From Flavobacteriaceae bacterium (GTDB lineage: Bacteria > Bacteroidota > Bacteroidia > Flavobacteriales > Flavobacteriaceae), in NCBI GenBank assembly GCA_029268635.1, contig JAQWNL010000045.1, forward strand, positions 1 through 49,007: a DNA stretch of 49,007 bases, read 5' to 3'. Of this stretch, positions 1-10,262 are shown piece by piece. The position numbers and the translations under genes are program-made. The notes under the pieces were generated by a model. The model had not been told where the DNA came from. It saw only the letters and a list, made by a program, of their open reading frames with translations, and made no database searches. The stretch's first letter is position 1. Each line of letters starts with the position of its first letter.

Positions 1-48
1 GTATTAATGGTCTAAATTTCAGAAGATTTTGCACATTATTCCTTTAGA
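1..48. repeat. Inverted copy of positions 181-229 at the window start (probable chimeric contig end)
   Basis: Reverse complement of 1-48 (tctaaaggaataatgtgcaaaatcttctgaaatttagaccattaatac) matches 181-229 (tctaaaggaataatgtgcaaaatcttctgaaattttagaccatttatac) with one indel and one mismatch. Confidence 0.9.
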
Positions 49-1179
49 GACACTTAAATCTAATAGTTCTATGTTTTTTCTATGAACTGTTGGGAATAAT
101 TCTGTTAAAGAATATTGGCTAGTTGCTGCCCATTTTTTAAATTGTTCTTCATTTGGGTGTGCAGAAAAACCACAGGTATTTCTAAAGGAATAATGTGCAA
201 AATCTTCTGAAATTTTAGACCATTTATACAATACTTCCCAGGCTGGTTTTTCGCTAATCCAAAGATATTCATTGTCTGGTTCTTCAATTTTACTCATAGC
301 AGCTCTAGTAACAATAATAACTAATCGCATCGCAATTGCATGGTATAAATGTTCCAATTCTTGCTCCTCTAAAGGAAACGCTGAATGATATCCTTTTATA
401 AATGCTAGGGAAGCATTTAAGGAGTCATTATGCCTCATAACACCATATGCACATAGAATAGCGACATCATTTATTGTTTGTGTGTAAAGAGCATCACCAT
501 AATCTATTGCCGCTTTTGCTCTTGGATGAAGTAGATCTGAAGAAACAATTATATTATTGTCATTGGGGTCATTATGGACTACACTTTTTCGAAGCCTTGT
601 ATAGGAAGTTTGAATCGCTTCAAACTTATCCTGATGATGCGATAAAATCTCTTTTTTAGGACCTGAAAATAAATGAACATAATCTTTAGTCCAAAGAGAT
701 TGAGCAATGTCCCAGTCAAAATAGTAATGTGCTTCGGGATGGTCAAAATTTTCAAGTGCCTTTGTAAGTATGCCACATTGTTTACCCAAACTAAATCGAA
801 AATCTTCTAATTGAGGATTTACAGAACTCCAAACTCTACCAGAAACCCAAGTTAGCATTCTTACAAATCGTTTCTTTCCAAAACTATCTGTTATTTCGGA
901 AATGGAAAGTTTTTTTTTATCTTTAACGACTCTTGGAGCAATAAGGTTTTTATCACTGCTCTTGATATATTGTAATAAATATTGCTGAAAATCAAGGTAT
1001 TTTTTGTTTTCCTCAGGACGTGATATTTTTAGAATATATCCTTGTTCATTTTCAACCTTTATTCTAAAATTAAAATCTATATACCCGGGTAAGGAGGATG
1101 CTTTCCCTTGAATACCATACAAGTCGAATAATATTTTTTCAGCTTGTTTGGCACTTATTTTAATACGGTTGTAATCCAT
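19..1179 (-). CDS. APH/hydroxylysine-kinase-like phosphotransferase; probably the N-terminal part of a longer kinase-(M23)-aminotransferase class III fusion, truncated by the inverted junction
   Basis: HNDPNDNN and IDYGD kinase motifs; the last ~9 residues (SKGIMCKIF) are read from the inverted duplicate. Confidence 0.75.
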   Translation of the reverse strand: MDYNRIKISAKQAEKILFDLYGIQGKASSLPGYIDFNFRIKVENEQGYILKISRPEENKKYLDFQQYLLQYIKSSDKNLIAPRVVKDKKKLSISEITDSFGKKRFVRMLTWVSGRVWSSVNPQLEDFRFSLGKQCGILTKALENFDHPEAHYYFDWDIAQSLWTKDYVHLFSGPKKEILSHHQDKFEAIQTSYTRLRKSVVHNDPNDNNIIVSSDLLHPRAKAAIDYGDALYTQTINDVAILCAYGVMRHNDSLNASLAFIKGYHSAFPLEEQELEHLYHAIAMRLVIIVTRAAMSKIEEPDNEYLWISEKPAWEVLYKWSKISEDFAHYSFRNTCGFSAHPNEEQFKKWAATSQYSLTELFPTVHRKNIELLDLSVSKGIMCKIF

Positions 1180-1383
1180 TTCTTTTATAAAAAAAGCTTC
1201 ATTTGCAAATCCATTCGAACCTTCATCTTTTTAAAGCGCTTTTGTTAAAGTAGAAAGATATACTTTTTTATCATATAAATAATAATAAAAAAACAACATG
1301 CTCAAAACCTTGATTTTTTTAATATTTGATAAGGTGTCGTTAGTCATCCGTACAATAAATAATAGTTAAAAATTTACTTGAAA

Positions 1384-1853
1384 TTATAGCGTTCTAAAAT
1401 ATTCCGCCAGGCATCTTGCTTCCTTTTCAGTTAGGTTTTGATTACCCATTATAGCACCATTAAATTGGATTAATAATGCCTTGGCTACTGGATCTTTTTG
1501 AACCATTTTATTTGGATTCAAAATCATATTCATCACCCAAGCCGGAGAGCGTTTTTTATAAATTTATTTTAGAGCGGGTCCAATGTATTTTTTTTCAGAT
1601 TTATGACAAAAGCTACATTTAGATTTAAATATAGCAGCACCTTTTTTTGCCATTTCTTTGTCAATTTCTGCTGAAAATTCTAAAGATTTAACCGGCCCTA
1701 TACCTTTGTTAGAAAGATCGTAAATTATTTCCTTCTTTTTTCTTTCTTAGTGTGTTTGTTTTTTCTCTTGCTTCCTTTTTTATTATCTCCATTGCAACTC
1801 ATAAGAGTAATGGATAAAATAAGCAGTAGTGAAAACTTAATAAGAGGTTTCAT
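1384..1853 (-). pseudogene. Lipoprotein monoheme cytochrome c, disrupted by a frameshift and an in-frame TAA
   Basis: Manual translation: MKPLIKFSLLLILSITLMSC (lipobox), then a frame change in the A-rich region ~1730-1780, then DLSNKGIGPVKSLEFSAEIDKEMAKKGAAIFKSKCSFCHKSEKKYIGPALK*IYKKRSPAWVMNMILNP...IMGNQNLTEKEARCLAEYFRTL*. CxxCH motif present; TAA at 1564-1566. Absent from the ORF track. Confidence 0.85.
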
Positions 1854-1896
1854 GGCATCTGAAAATGTAAATGGGGTATCTATTTTTTATTAAAAA

Positions 1897-3387
1897 CTAA
1901 TTAAATAAATCAGAAAATGAAAACTCATTTAATTCTTTTGCATTTTTTGGTAACTCTCCTAATTTAAGTTTAATACCTACATATGTTGTCCATATGTCGT
2001 ATTTTAATTTATTAATAGACTCAAGAGATGAAAAATAGTTATTAAGACTAATAATAACATCTGTTTGTGTTGTGAATCCTAATTTAAATTTATCCAACTC
2101 ATTTTCATAGGTTTTTTTCATTAAACTAACAAGTAGTTTAGTTTGATCAAATAAAATAAGTTTTTGTTTTAATAATTTTAGATTTAACTCAACGCTGGTG
2201 GTGGTTTCAAATAGATATTGTTGTAAGTCCGTTTTTGATAAATCATATTCAACAAGCTGTTCTAAATAAGCACCTTTTTGCGTTTGATTTGAAATTGGTA
2301 AATTATGTGTTAAAGAAAGAAGAAAGCTAGTGCCCGGATTAGCATTAAAAGTTTTGTTTAAATTATAAGCTCCATCTTCATAAGTCCCAAATCGAGAAAC
2401 TCTGATGTCTAAATCTAAGAGGTTTTTTTTCTGATTTTTTGCGTTTTTTAGTAAAACTTTATTTTCTTCAATTCCTAAAGATATACTTTTATATTCTGGT
2501 GTGTTTTTAATAAGGGAGTCTAAAGTGATTTTTTTTGTGGTGATATATTCAATCAATTTCTCTTTATTTGGATCTGGGACCTGATCTATTAATTTCGGGA
2601 TTGAGTCAGAATTTTCATTGTCATTTATACCTAATAGAATTTTAGTTTGATAATAAACACCTAAAACATTTATATTTGAAATGGTGAGCTGTTGGAGTTT
2701 ATTATTATAAAAAGAATTTGCTTGGTCTTTTTCTACTAGTGGGATTTGATCACTTTCTGCAAGTGTGTAAATACCATTTTTATATATTCTTGACTCAATT
2801 ACAATATTGTTTGTTATGTAGTATCTGTCTATAGCTTCTTTAAGTGTAAAGTAGTTTATTAGTAATTCACTAAAATAAGTTAATACTTGATTAGAAAATT
2901 GTTCTGCTAAAGCTTTTTGATTAATTGTTGAAACCTCAATAAAAGAATATCCAGGATTGGTTTTTCCTATTCCTTTTAATAATGGAATTTTAGCACCAGC
3001 AAAAGCACCTGAACTATTGAATGCATAATTTGGACTGGATACTTCAATTGTTCTTTCAAGCCTAAATCCTGAGTAAAAATCTATGCCAAATTTAGTTGGA
3101 ACAACAAATCTAGTCTGTAAATATTCTGTCCCATCATTATCAAGAGATGGATTTGTTCCTGAACCATAAACTAATTCTGAATCAATAAATGGGTTTAAAG
3201 CTCCATTTGCCTTTAGGAGTGTATAGGTTGCTTTAGTTAAAGAAAGTTTATCTAATTTAATATTATAGTTGTTCTCTAAACCCTCATTAAGTATCGTTTG
3301 GAAAGTTAAAATATTATTTTGTGCTTTTAGCTGAAAATTTAATGCTAATGAAATTAGTAGTATTAGTATATTGCTATTAAGATTCAT
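1897..3387 (-). CDS. TolC-family outer membrane efflux protein
   Basis: Signal peptide, ~500 aa, helical repeats, C-terminal YENELDKFKLGFTTQTDV; last gene of an ABC/MFP operon, overlapping the upstream gene. Confidence 0.8.
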   Translation of the reverse strand: MNLNSNILILLISLALNFQLKAQNNILTFQTILNEGLENNYNIKLDKLSLTKATYTLLKANGALNPFIDSELVYGSGTNPSLDNDGTEYLQTRFVVPTKFGIDFYSGFRLERTIEVSSPNYAFNSSGAFAGAKIPLLKGIGKTNPGYSFIEVSTINQKALAEQFSNQVLTYFSELLINYFTLKEAIDRYYITNNIVIESRIYKNGIYTLAESDQIPLVEKDQANSFYNNKLQQLTISNINVLGVYYQTKILLGINDNENSDSIPKLIDQVPDPNKEKLIEYITTKKITLDSLIKNTPEYKSISLGIEENKVLLKNAKNQKKNLLDLDIRVSRFGTYEDGAYNLNKTFNANPGTSFLLSLTHNLPISNQTQKGAYLEQLVEYDLSKTDLQQYLFETTTSVELNLKLLKQKLILFDQTKLLVSLMKKTYENELDKFKLGFTTQTDVIISLNNYFSSLESINKLKYDIWTTYVGIKLKLGELPKNAKELNEFSFSDLFN

Positions 3388-5650
3388 TGTTTCTTTTTTG
3401 ATTCAACTGAGCTTTTACCAAATTATAGAAAAAAGCTTTGTTATTAATTAATGTTTCGTAATTTCCTTGTTCTAAAATTTCTCCTTTTTCTAAAACAACA
3501 ATAACATCAGCGTCTTTAATAGTGCTTAACCTGTGTGCAATAACAATTTTTGTAGCTTTTAATTCATTTAAATTATCGGTAACTGTTTTTTGCGTATCAT
3601 TATCTAAGGCACTAGTAGCTTCGTCAAATAGAATTAATTTTGGGTTTTTTACAATCGCTCGCGCGATAATGATTCGTTGCTGTTGACCACCAGATAATGT
3701 GCCACCTCCAGGGAGTAGAATAGTATTCATTTTTTTATCCATACCTTCTATCTGCTTGTCACAACCAGCCATTCTAGCTGCTTCCCACGCTTCCTCAACA
3801 GTGTAGTCGGAAGTGCCTATAATATTATATAAAACGGATCCTTCCATTATTTTTCCATCTTGTAAAACAACCCCCATTTGGTCTCTTATTGTTCGTATAT
3901 CCAACACCTTCATGTCCATTCCGTTAAATAAAATAGTTCCTTGTTGATATTCTTCAAAACCCATTAAAATTCTTAATAAAGTAGATTTCCCAGAACCAGA
4001 GCCTCCTACAATTGCTACAAATTCTCCCTCTTTTATTTTAAGACTAAGATTCTTAAGAATTAGTTGATCGGTATCATTATATTTGAAATTAAGATTTGAT
4101 ATTTCAATATCTCCAGTTAAATTCCCAACATCTTTTTTCCCAACATAATCTTCAGTTTCAGCCTCTAATATTGGCATAAGTAACTCTAAAGCTGGCTTTA
4201 TACTCATGAAAGGGATTGCAACACCAAATGCACTTACTAATGCCCCTTGAAAACTTAAATAAGCAGAATTAAAAGCAATAAAATCACCAATGCTAAAAGT
4301 AGAATTTGGAAGGGTAAATAAATCATAAATGCGTAAATATATTAATAGAGTTGCTAAAATTGGAAAACCATAACTAAATACAGCAACTATAATTATTAAT
4401 TTTTGTTTAGCTACATAATGTTTTTGTTGTTCAGAAAATCTATCGACCCACATATCCATTACTTTATCTTCTGATGCCGTCATCCTTATTTTTTGAATAC
4501 CTCCTATTGTCATCATCATAAATCCAGAAATGATAGTTTTTAGATGCATAATACCGGCTACGTGCTTAATTGCTAATTTGCTAATAATTAAGGTAAAACT
4601 AGCCGTGACTAGGCCTAAGCAAAGCGCAAGTATTGTAAGGTATATGTCATAATAAAGCATTAATACTAAATAGAAAATAGAAAAAATAGCAGAAATTAAT
4701 GCAGTCATAACATGAGCAGATAAAATCTTTCTTATCGTTTCGATAGCTAAACTTCTTGCTGCTAAATTTCCCGCATCATATTTACTAAAAAAAGGAACCT
4801 TTATAGATAATATTCGGTCCCAAATAGCAGATTGTAATTTATAACTCGATTTTCCTTCAAAACGAAGTACAGCAATTTCTCTAGCAATATTTATTATCCC
4901 TAGTATTATTACTATAGAGAATAATAGGAAACCTATTTCATATAAACTTCCTTTTAGGCCTCCAGGGATAATTACATTAAATATATAGCCAGAAATTACT
5001 GGAATAAAAAGAGATAAAAACGCTCCTAGAACTCCTAATATAAAAAAGAAAATAACATCCTTTTTAGTAAATGCTAATATAAATTTAAACAAAGCTAATT
5101 TACTAATTTTTCCAGAAGGTAAAGGGGAGAAAAAAGAATGGGCTATAGTTTCGATACCTTTAGAATTTAAATTATTCGCAATTATATCTTCTCCGGTTTT
5201 TATGTTTTTTATAATGTATTTTTTGTTTTTTCTAATTAATGCGACTGGGGTTTTATCTTCTTTTAAGAAGCCTAATAAGGGTCCGTGATCATAAAGCCAC
5301 CATTTGTCTTCCAACTTAACTTTTCTAGATCGAATATTAGAAGCTCTTAGCAGCTTTTTTAATGGACTCCAAGCTTCAGAACTGTTTTTAAACCCTACAC
5401 TAAATTCTATTCTCTCAATATCACCAATAAGTTTGCACGTTTTTAACAATAAAGAATCATATGAGTCATTGGATGTATGTATGTATTTTTTACTTTTATC
5501 TTTATTGGAATTAATTATACTACTAAGTTTTTCGAATGCATCTTCTCGTGATATTTTTCTGTATAAGTAAGAAGATTTAACGTCTTTTATATAAGTTTCA
5601 TATAAGCTGTTTTTTAAGTTTTTCGTATTTGATGTATCTTTTTTTTCCAT
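3377..5650 (-). CDS. NHLP/NHLM bacteriocin-system ABC transporter permease/ATPase
   Basis: Family-typical RKVKLEDKWWLYDHGPLLGF and LQSAIWDRILS; Walker A GGSGSGKST, signature LSGGQQQR, Walker B LFDEATSALD. Confidence 0.85.
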   Translation of the reverse strand: MEKKDTSNTKNLKNSLYETYIKDVKSSYLYRKISREDAFEKLSSIINSNKDKSKKYIHTSNDSYDSLLLKTCKLIGDIERIEFSVGFKNSSEAWSPLKKLLRASNIRSRKVKLEDKWWLYDHGPLLGFLKEDKTPVALIRKNKKYIIKNIKTGEDIIANNLNSKGIETIAHSFFSPLPSGKISKLALFKFILAFTKKDVIFFFILGVLGAFLSLFIPVISGYIFNVIIPGGLKGSLYEIGFLLFSIVIILGIINIAREIAVLRFEGKSSYKLQSAIWDRILSIKVPFFSKYDAGNLAARSLAIETIRKILSAHVMTALISAIFSIFYLVLMLYYDIYLTILALCLGLVTASFTLIISKLAIKHVAGIMHLKTIISGFMMMTIGGIQKIRMTASEDKVMDMWVDRFSEQQKHYVAKQKLIIIVAVFSYGFPILATLLIYLRIYDLFTLPNSTFSIGDFIAFNSAYLSFQGALVSAFGVAIPFMSIKPALELLMPILEAETEDYVGKKDVGNLTGDIEISNLNFKYNDTDQLILKNLSLKIKEGEFVAIVGGSGSGKSTLLRILMGFEEYQQGTILFNGMDMKVLDIRTIRDQMGVVLQDGKIMEGSVLYNIIGTSDYTVEEAWEAARMAGCDKQIEGMDKKMNTILLPGGGTLSGGQQQRIIIARAIVKNPKLILFDEATSALDNDTQKTVTDNLNELKATKIVIAHRLSTIKDADVIVVLEKGEILEQGNYETLINNKAFFYNLVKAQLNQKRNNES

Positions 5651-5664
5651 TTAAAAGTTCTGAA

Positions 5665-7815
5665 CTATGAATTTTTTATTAAATTAAAATACAATCCTTT
5701 TTTGTCTTTAATTAAATCAAGAGGGGTTCCTTGTTGAATTACCATTCCTTTTTCTAAAACAATAATTTCATCAAAATCCTTGATTGTAGACAAACGATGT
5801 GCTATAGTTATTGTGGTACATTTTCTTCTTAGAAAATTATTCATAACTATTTTTTCTGTTTCTGTGTCAAGTCCTGAAGTAGCTTCATCTAAAAATAAAA
5901 TAGAAGGGTTTGTTAGTAAAGCTCTTGCTATTTCTAGACGTTGTCTTTGTCCTCCACTAAAGTTTCTGCCGTCTGGAGCTACCTTAGAATTATAGCCTCC
6001 TTTTCTTTCTGAAATAATATCGTGGATTTCTGAATCTTTTGCAGATTGTATAATTTTAGAATTTTCTATTGACTTATTCCACATTGTAATATTTTCTGAA
6101 ATAGTTCCCGTAAAAAAGAATGTTTCCTGATCTACTATAGATATCGAGTTTCTAAAAACATCTTTGTTAATTGTATTTATAGGCTTACCATCATAACTAA
6201 TTTCTCCAGACAAAGGTGGGTATAATCCTGATATTACTTTAAGTAATGTAGATTTTCCTGAGCCCGAACCACCAATGATAGCTATTCTTTTTCCAGGATA
6301 TGCAGTTAAAGAAAAATTTTGAATAAGGGGTTCACTAAATTTATTATACCCAAAAGAGATATTTTTCACTTCTAATTTACCAGTAAGTTTTGAGTTATTG
6401 GGTGTTATTGTATTGATAGATTCTTTTGTGTTATCATCACAAAAAACATCTATTGGTTCTTGTAAAGTGTCGATTATATTATTTATGTTTGATTTGTTAA
6501 CTTGAAGTTGTCCGGTAAATTCTACTAAACCTTTCACGGGCTTAGAAAGTGAATGAAGAAAACTCTGCAAAGCAAGAAATACTCCAATTGTAATTTCGCC
6601 TTTCATAATAAGTAATCCTCCTAATATTAAAATAATAATAGTTTGAAATTGAGCAATAAAAATTGGTAAAACTGTAATAACTCTAGTGGTTACTCCTAAT
6701 TTTTGCTGATCATTTATTGAATTTATTAAATGACTTGACCACAGGGAGAAAAAATCATTTTCAGCACCAGAAGACTTTAAAGTATCTATCTGTTCAATAC
6801 CTGTTGTAGCGGTACTAAATACTGCTTGTTTATTTTTAAATAGAGATTGATTCAGGGCTGTTCTTTTCGAGGAAAAATAGCGTAATGCTATAATATTAAA
6901 AAGCATTACTGACACACCGGCCAAAGACAGTATCCAATTAAATTTTAGCATTATAACCCCGTAAAAAACAATAGTGATGCATTGTAAAAGCGCCGTTAAT
7001 GTTTCTTTTGTTAATAACTCTGCAATATCATCGTTAAGTCTTAATCTTTTTACTGTTTCTCCGGCAGTATGAACATAAAAATAATTGTATGGAAGTTTTA
7101 AAACATGAATTATAAACCTCGAAGATTCTACTATATTTGATTTTAAGTAAGTTTTAAGCAGTGCCCATTGCTGGTAGTAAACTAGAATACAACCTAAAAT
7201 AATAAATACAGCAAGAATACTTATCATTGGATCAAACCATTGATGTTGAGAAAGTATTATTATATCATCAAAAAAAAGTTTATTAAAGGAGGGCACAATT
7301 ATACCGGGTATTATCAAGACTAATCCAGCAATAAAAACATACATTAATCCTTTGATGTTTGTAGTAAATCGTTTAGTCAATTCTTCATAAAATGAACCTT
7401 GTTGTTTTATGGCTTTAAAATCATTGCCTGGAGTTAGTTTAAGAGACCAACCATCATATACATTGTTTAATTTTTGTTTAGTGATTTTCTTCTTTCCTTT
7501 TTCAGGGTCGTGAATTGTATAATCGTTTTTATTTTCTTTTGTTATTAAAAGGTATTCCTCTGAAGTTGTTTTAATGATTATTGGAGAAACAACAGAGAGG
7601 TTTTCAAGAGAATTAGTATTAATTTTTGCATTAAAATTAAAACGCAAAGCAGCTTTATTTAAATTTTCAGGTAGTATTTCATCATTGCCGGTATTACAAG
7701 CAGTTTTTACAACATTTAATTTTGGATAAGAATTATAATAACCCAAAACCATTGCTAGGCAAATTGCACCTGAATGACCTTTATCAGATTCTAAAAAAAC
7801 AGGTGTTTTATTCAT
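5665..7815 (-). CDS. NHLP/NHLM bacteriocin-system ABC transporter with N-terminal C39-like (inactive) peptidase domain
   Basis: N-terminal GAICLAMVLGYY and IHDPEKG; 6-TM domain; GGSGSGKST, FSGGQRQR, FLDEATSGLD. Confidence 0.85.
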   Translation of the reverse strand: MNKTPVFLESDKGHSGAICLAMVLGYYNSYPKLNVVKTACNTGNDEILPENLNKAALRFNFNAKINTNSLENLSVVSPIIIKTTSEEYLLITKENKNDYTIHDPEKGKKKITKQKLNNVYDGWSLKLTPGNDFKAIKQQGSFYEELTKRFTTNIKGLMYVFIAGLVLIIPGIIVPSFNKLFFDDIIILSQHQWFDPMISILAVFIILGCILVYYQQWALLKTYLKSNIVESSRFIIHVLKLPYNYFYVHTAGETVKRLRLNDDIAELLTKETLTALLQCITIVFYGVIMLKFNWILSLAGVSVMLFNIIALRYFSSKRTALNQSLFKNKQAVFSTATTGIEQIDTLKSSGAENDFFSLWSSHLINSINDQQKLGVTTRVITVLPIFIAQFQTIIILILGGLLIMKGEITIGVFLALQSFLHSLSKPVKGLVEFTGQLQVNKSNINNIIDTLQEPIDVFCDDNTKESINTITPNNSKLTGKLEVKNISFGYNKFSEPLIQNFSLTAYPGKRIAIIGGSGSGKSTLLKVISGLYPPLSGEISYDGKPINTINKDVFRNSISIVDQETFFFTGTISENITMWNKSIENSKIIQSAKDSEIHDIISERKGGYNSKVAPDGRNFSGGQRQRLEIARALLTNPSILFLDEATSGLDTETEKIVMNNFLRRKCTTITIAHRLSTIKDFDEIIVLEKGMVIQQGTPLDLIKDKKGLYFNLIKNS

Positions 7816-7853
7816 AGTTTATTTAATAAAATAGCTATTTAGATAAATTGTTT

Positions 7854-9098
7854 TTAATCAAAGTAAGCTTTAAAAATAGGCAACACATAATCAATTGGTG
7901 CTTTTACTTTTACATTTACATAGGCTGCACTTAATTGACCTGGATGTATTTTCATTGGTGGTCCTTTTTTATTTGACCATTTAAAGCCGCTAAATGTATT
8001 TGGGTCTGTTTCTAAATCTACTATTAACCTATATACACCGCCTTTAGCATCTAAGTATTTAATTAAACTATTATTTTCTAAAACATTTTGAAGTCCTTCA
8101 GTCTCAGAAACATATGGTGCTACATATTTAACACTTCCTTTTAGGTATCCATATAAGTTAGGGTCTACACTAAAAAGTTCGACATCTACATCCATACCTT
8201 TGGAAATGAGCGCATTGGTAGTAAAAGGAACATACAGATTCAGTACATAATTTTTTTTGTCTTCATTAGCATTAATTATTGCTAAAATATATTCTGGAGA
8301 TACTATATCCCCTTTTTTTATATTTATCTGCCTAATGAACCCACTTGTTTTTGCTGTAACTTCTCTTTCAAACTTATACTCTTCTATTAAATCAAATAAC
8401 TCTGCTTCTAAAACCGCCAATTGGCTTGAAAGATCAATTTCGTTAATATTATTATTTAAATTCCATTCATTTCTATTGAGTGAAATTAAATTTAGTTGTT
8501 CTTCTGTTTTAATTTTATTGACTTTCATTGATGTTAAATCTTGTTCAACAGTAAAATATTGAGCGTATGTAATAAGACCCTTATCAAATAATTTTTTTTC
8601 TTCAATAACTCTTTTTTTATAAAAAAGAATACTTTTATTTATCTCCTCAAGATTTTTTTTTAGACTTAATTCGCTAAGATCATCAGATTTATTTTTGATT
8701 AAAGTATTTTTACTATTCCCAGAAAAGGTTGTGTTTTTTTTCTGTTTTAATTGCCCAATTGAGAGTTTCATCTGATCAATACTAAATTTCCTTTCTGGCA
8801 GATCAATTGTAAAAAGAACGTCTCCAGCCTTTACCTCATCATTTAGCTTTACCTTAACTTCAGATATTCGCCCATTAGAGATTGAAGTAATTCTTTCCAA
8901 GCCCTGAACTGTATCTATCATTCCCACACCCTCAACTCTTTGAGGAATTGATCCAAATATGCTCCAAATAACAGCAATCAAACAGGTAATAATAATCCCA
9001 ATTAAAACGTATGTATAAATTGGACGAGTTATATCAATAGATTTCATCAAAGTCTCATCCACATTACTAGGATTATCTTGTGGGGTTATTGTATTCAT
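7854..9098 (-). CDS. NHLP bacteriocin-system secretion protein (HlyD/MFP)
   Basis: N-terminal TM then WSIFGSIPQRVEGVG, lipoyl half-motifs, coiled coil, C-terminal SGFKWSNKKGPP and APIDYVLP. Confidence 0.85.
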   Translation of the reverse strand: MNTITPQDNPSNVDETLMKSIDITRPIYTYVLIGIIITCLIAVIWSIFGSIPQRVEGVGMIDTVQGLERITSISNGRISEVKVKLNDEVKAGDVLFTIDLPERKFSIDQMKLSIGQLKQKKNTTFSGNSKNTLIKNKSDDLSELSLKKNLEEINKSILFYKKRVIEEKKLFDKGLITYAQYFTVEQDLTSMKVNKIKTEEQLNLISLNRNEWNLNNNINEIDLSSQLAVLEAELFDLIEEYKFEREVTAKTSGFIRQINIKKGDIVSPEYILAIINANEDKKNYVLNLYVPFTTNALISKGMDVDVELFSVDPNLYGYLKGSVKYVAPYVSETEGLQNVLENNSLIKYLDAKGGVYRLIVDLETDPNTFSGFKWSNKKGPPMKIHPGQLSAAYVNVKVKAPIDYVLPIFKAYFD

Positions 9099-9115
9099 AA
9101 TTTTTTTGGTTTACA

Positions 9116-9131
9116 CAAATATACAAAGTTA
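9116..9131 (-). promoter_or_regulatory. Two tandem Bacteroidota -7 promoter elements upstream of the export operon
   Basis: Minus strand reads TAACTTTG TATATTTG (both TAnnTTTG), ending 17 bp before the MFP start codon. Confidence 0.55.
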
Positions 9132-9352
9132 AAAAAAAGTAATTCATTATTGAATAATCCGAAGCATATATCAGTTTTAGATCTCACATTAATTTTTGCC
9201 TCCCATTCGTGATCATCGTTTTAATTATTAATTCTAACGCAAAAGTATATTATTATTAATATCACACATTAATCTGGGTTTAGAAATAAAAATATCTGTA
9301 AATAAAAGTGAAACCTCCCTACTGAAAAAAAAGGAAGAGCAAATGTTTAAGG

Positions 9353-10204
9353 TTAATATTCGATAATTTTTTTAAGTAATTTCAATTTTTTTTCTAACGA
9401 TTTTATTCTTTTTTTGTAATGCTGCTTTATGATCTTATTAATTAATATTACGGAAGCATAAAATTCAATTTCTTTTAAATCAAAATCTCCATATCCTTCC
9501 ATAAAATAAATAAACTTTTCGGTTCCATGATACTGGATATAGGACATTCCTAAATCATAAGAATTTGGCCCGGACGATAAATCTCCAAAATCTATTATTC
9601 CAGAAACTTTTCCATTTTTTACTTTAATATGACTATCTGTATAATCAAAATGTAACAATACAGAATCATTATTGTTAAAAAAAAAATCATTTAATTTGAA
9701 ATATAATTTTACTTTTTTAATTTCTTCATTAGCTAATATATTTTTCTCTAAAAGATACCTGAATCCATCTTCAAGCATTTGATCGCTTGCTTCTCTTATA
9801 TTTGTATAATTACCAAATCCTTTTAAATTAATATAGCCAAATCCTTTACTTTTTATTTGATGAATTTTTTTTAAATAAATTCCTGCTTGGAAATATACTT
9901 TTTTTAAATCATTTATAGACAGATTAATTTCATTTAAACTTTTTCCAGTTATATACTCTTGAATTAAAAAACATTCACTCTTAAATATTATTTGTGGAAC
10001 TGTAATAATACCATTTAATTTTTCACAAGCAAATATTTCTCTAAATAATAAAACTTCGTCGTCAGGAAATTTCATTACATATTTATTACTTTTAGTTTCA
10101 ATTATTTTAACTAGTTGATCGATACCATTAGAGCTGTCAGAAATTTTAATTACGGTTTTATTTAAAGATTTTTCAAATAATTTAATGATTTTTTGATCTT
10201 TCAT
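9353..10204 (-). CDS. Aminoglycoside-phosphotransferase (APH)-family small-molecule kinase
   Basis: YVMK, LLHFDYTDSHI (Brenner-like) and IIDFGD motifs; very AT-rich. Confidence 0.75.
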   Translation of the reverse strand: MKDQKIIKLFEKSLNKTVIKISDSSNGIDQLVKIIETKSNKYVMKFPDDEVLLFREIFACEKLNGIITVPQIIFKSECFLIQEYITGKSLNEINLSINDLKKVYFQAGIYLKKIHQIKSKGFGYINLKGFGNYTNIREASDQMLEDGFRYLLEKNILANEEIKKVKLYFKLNDFFFNNNDSVLLHFDYTDSHIKVKNGKVSGIIDFGDLSSGPNSYDLGMSYIQYHGTEKFIYFMEGYGDFDLKEIEFYASVILINKIIKQHYKKRIKSLEKKLKLLKKIIEY

Positions 10205-10262
10205 ATTGATTCAATTCTCTGGATCTATTTACTTCTAAAATATTTATTTAGAGTTTTTTATT

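Noticed and set aside
9099-9352. Possible bacteriocin precursor upstream of the export operon
   Set aside because: No ORF with a double-glycine, NHLP or Nif11-type leader found here or in 1180-1896
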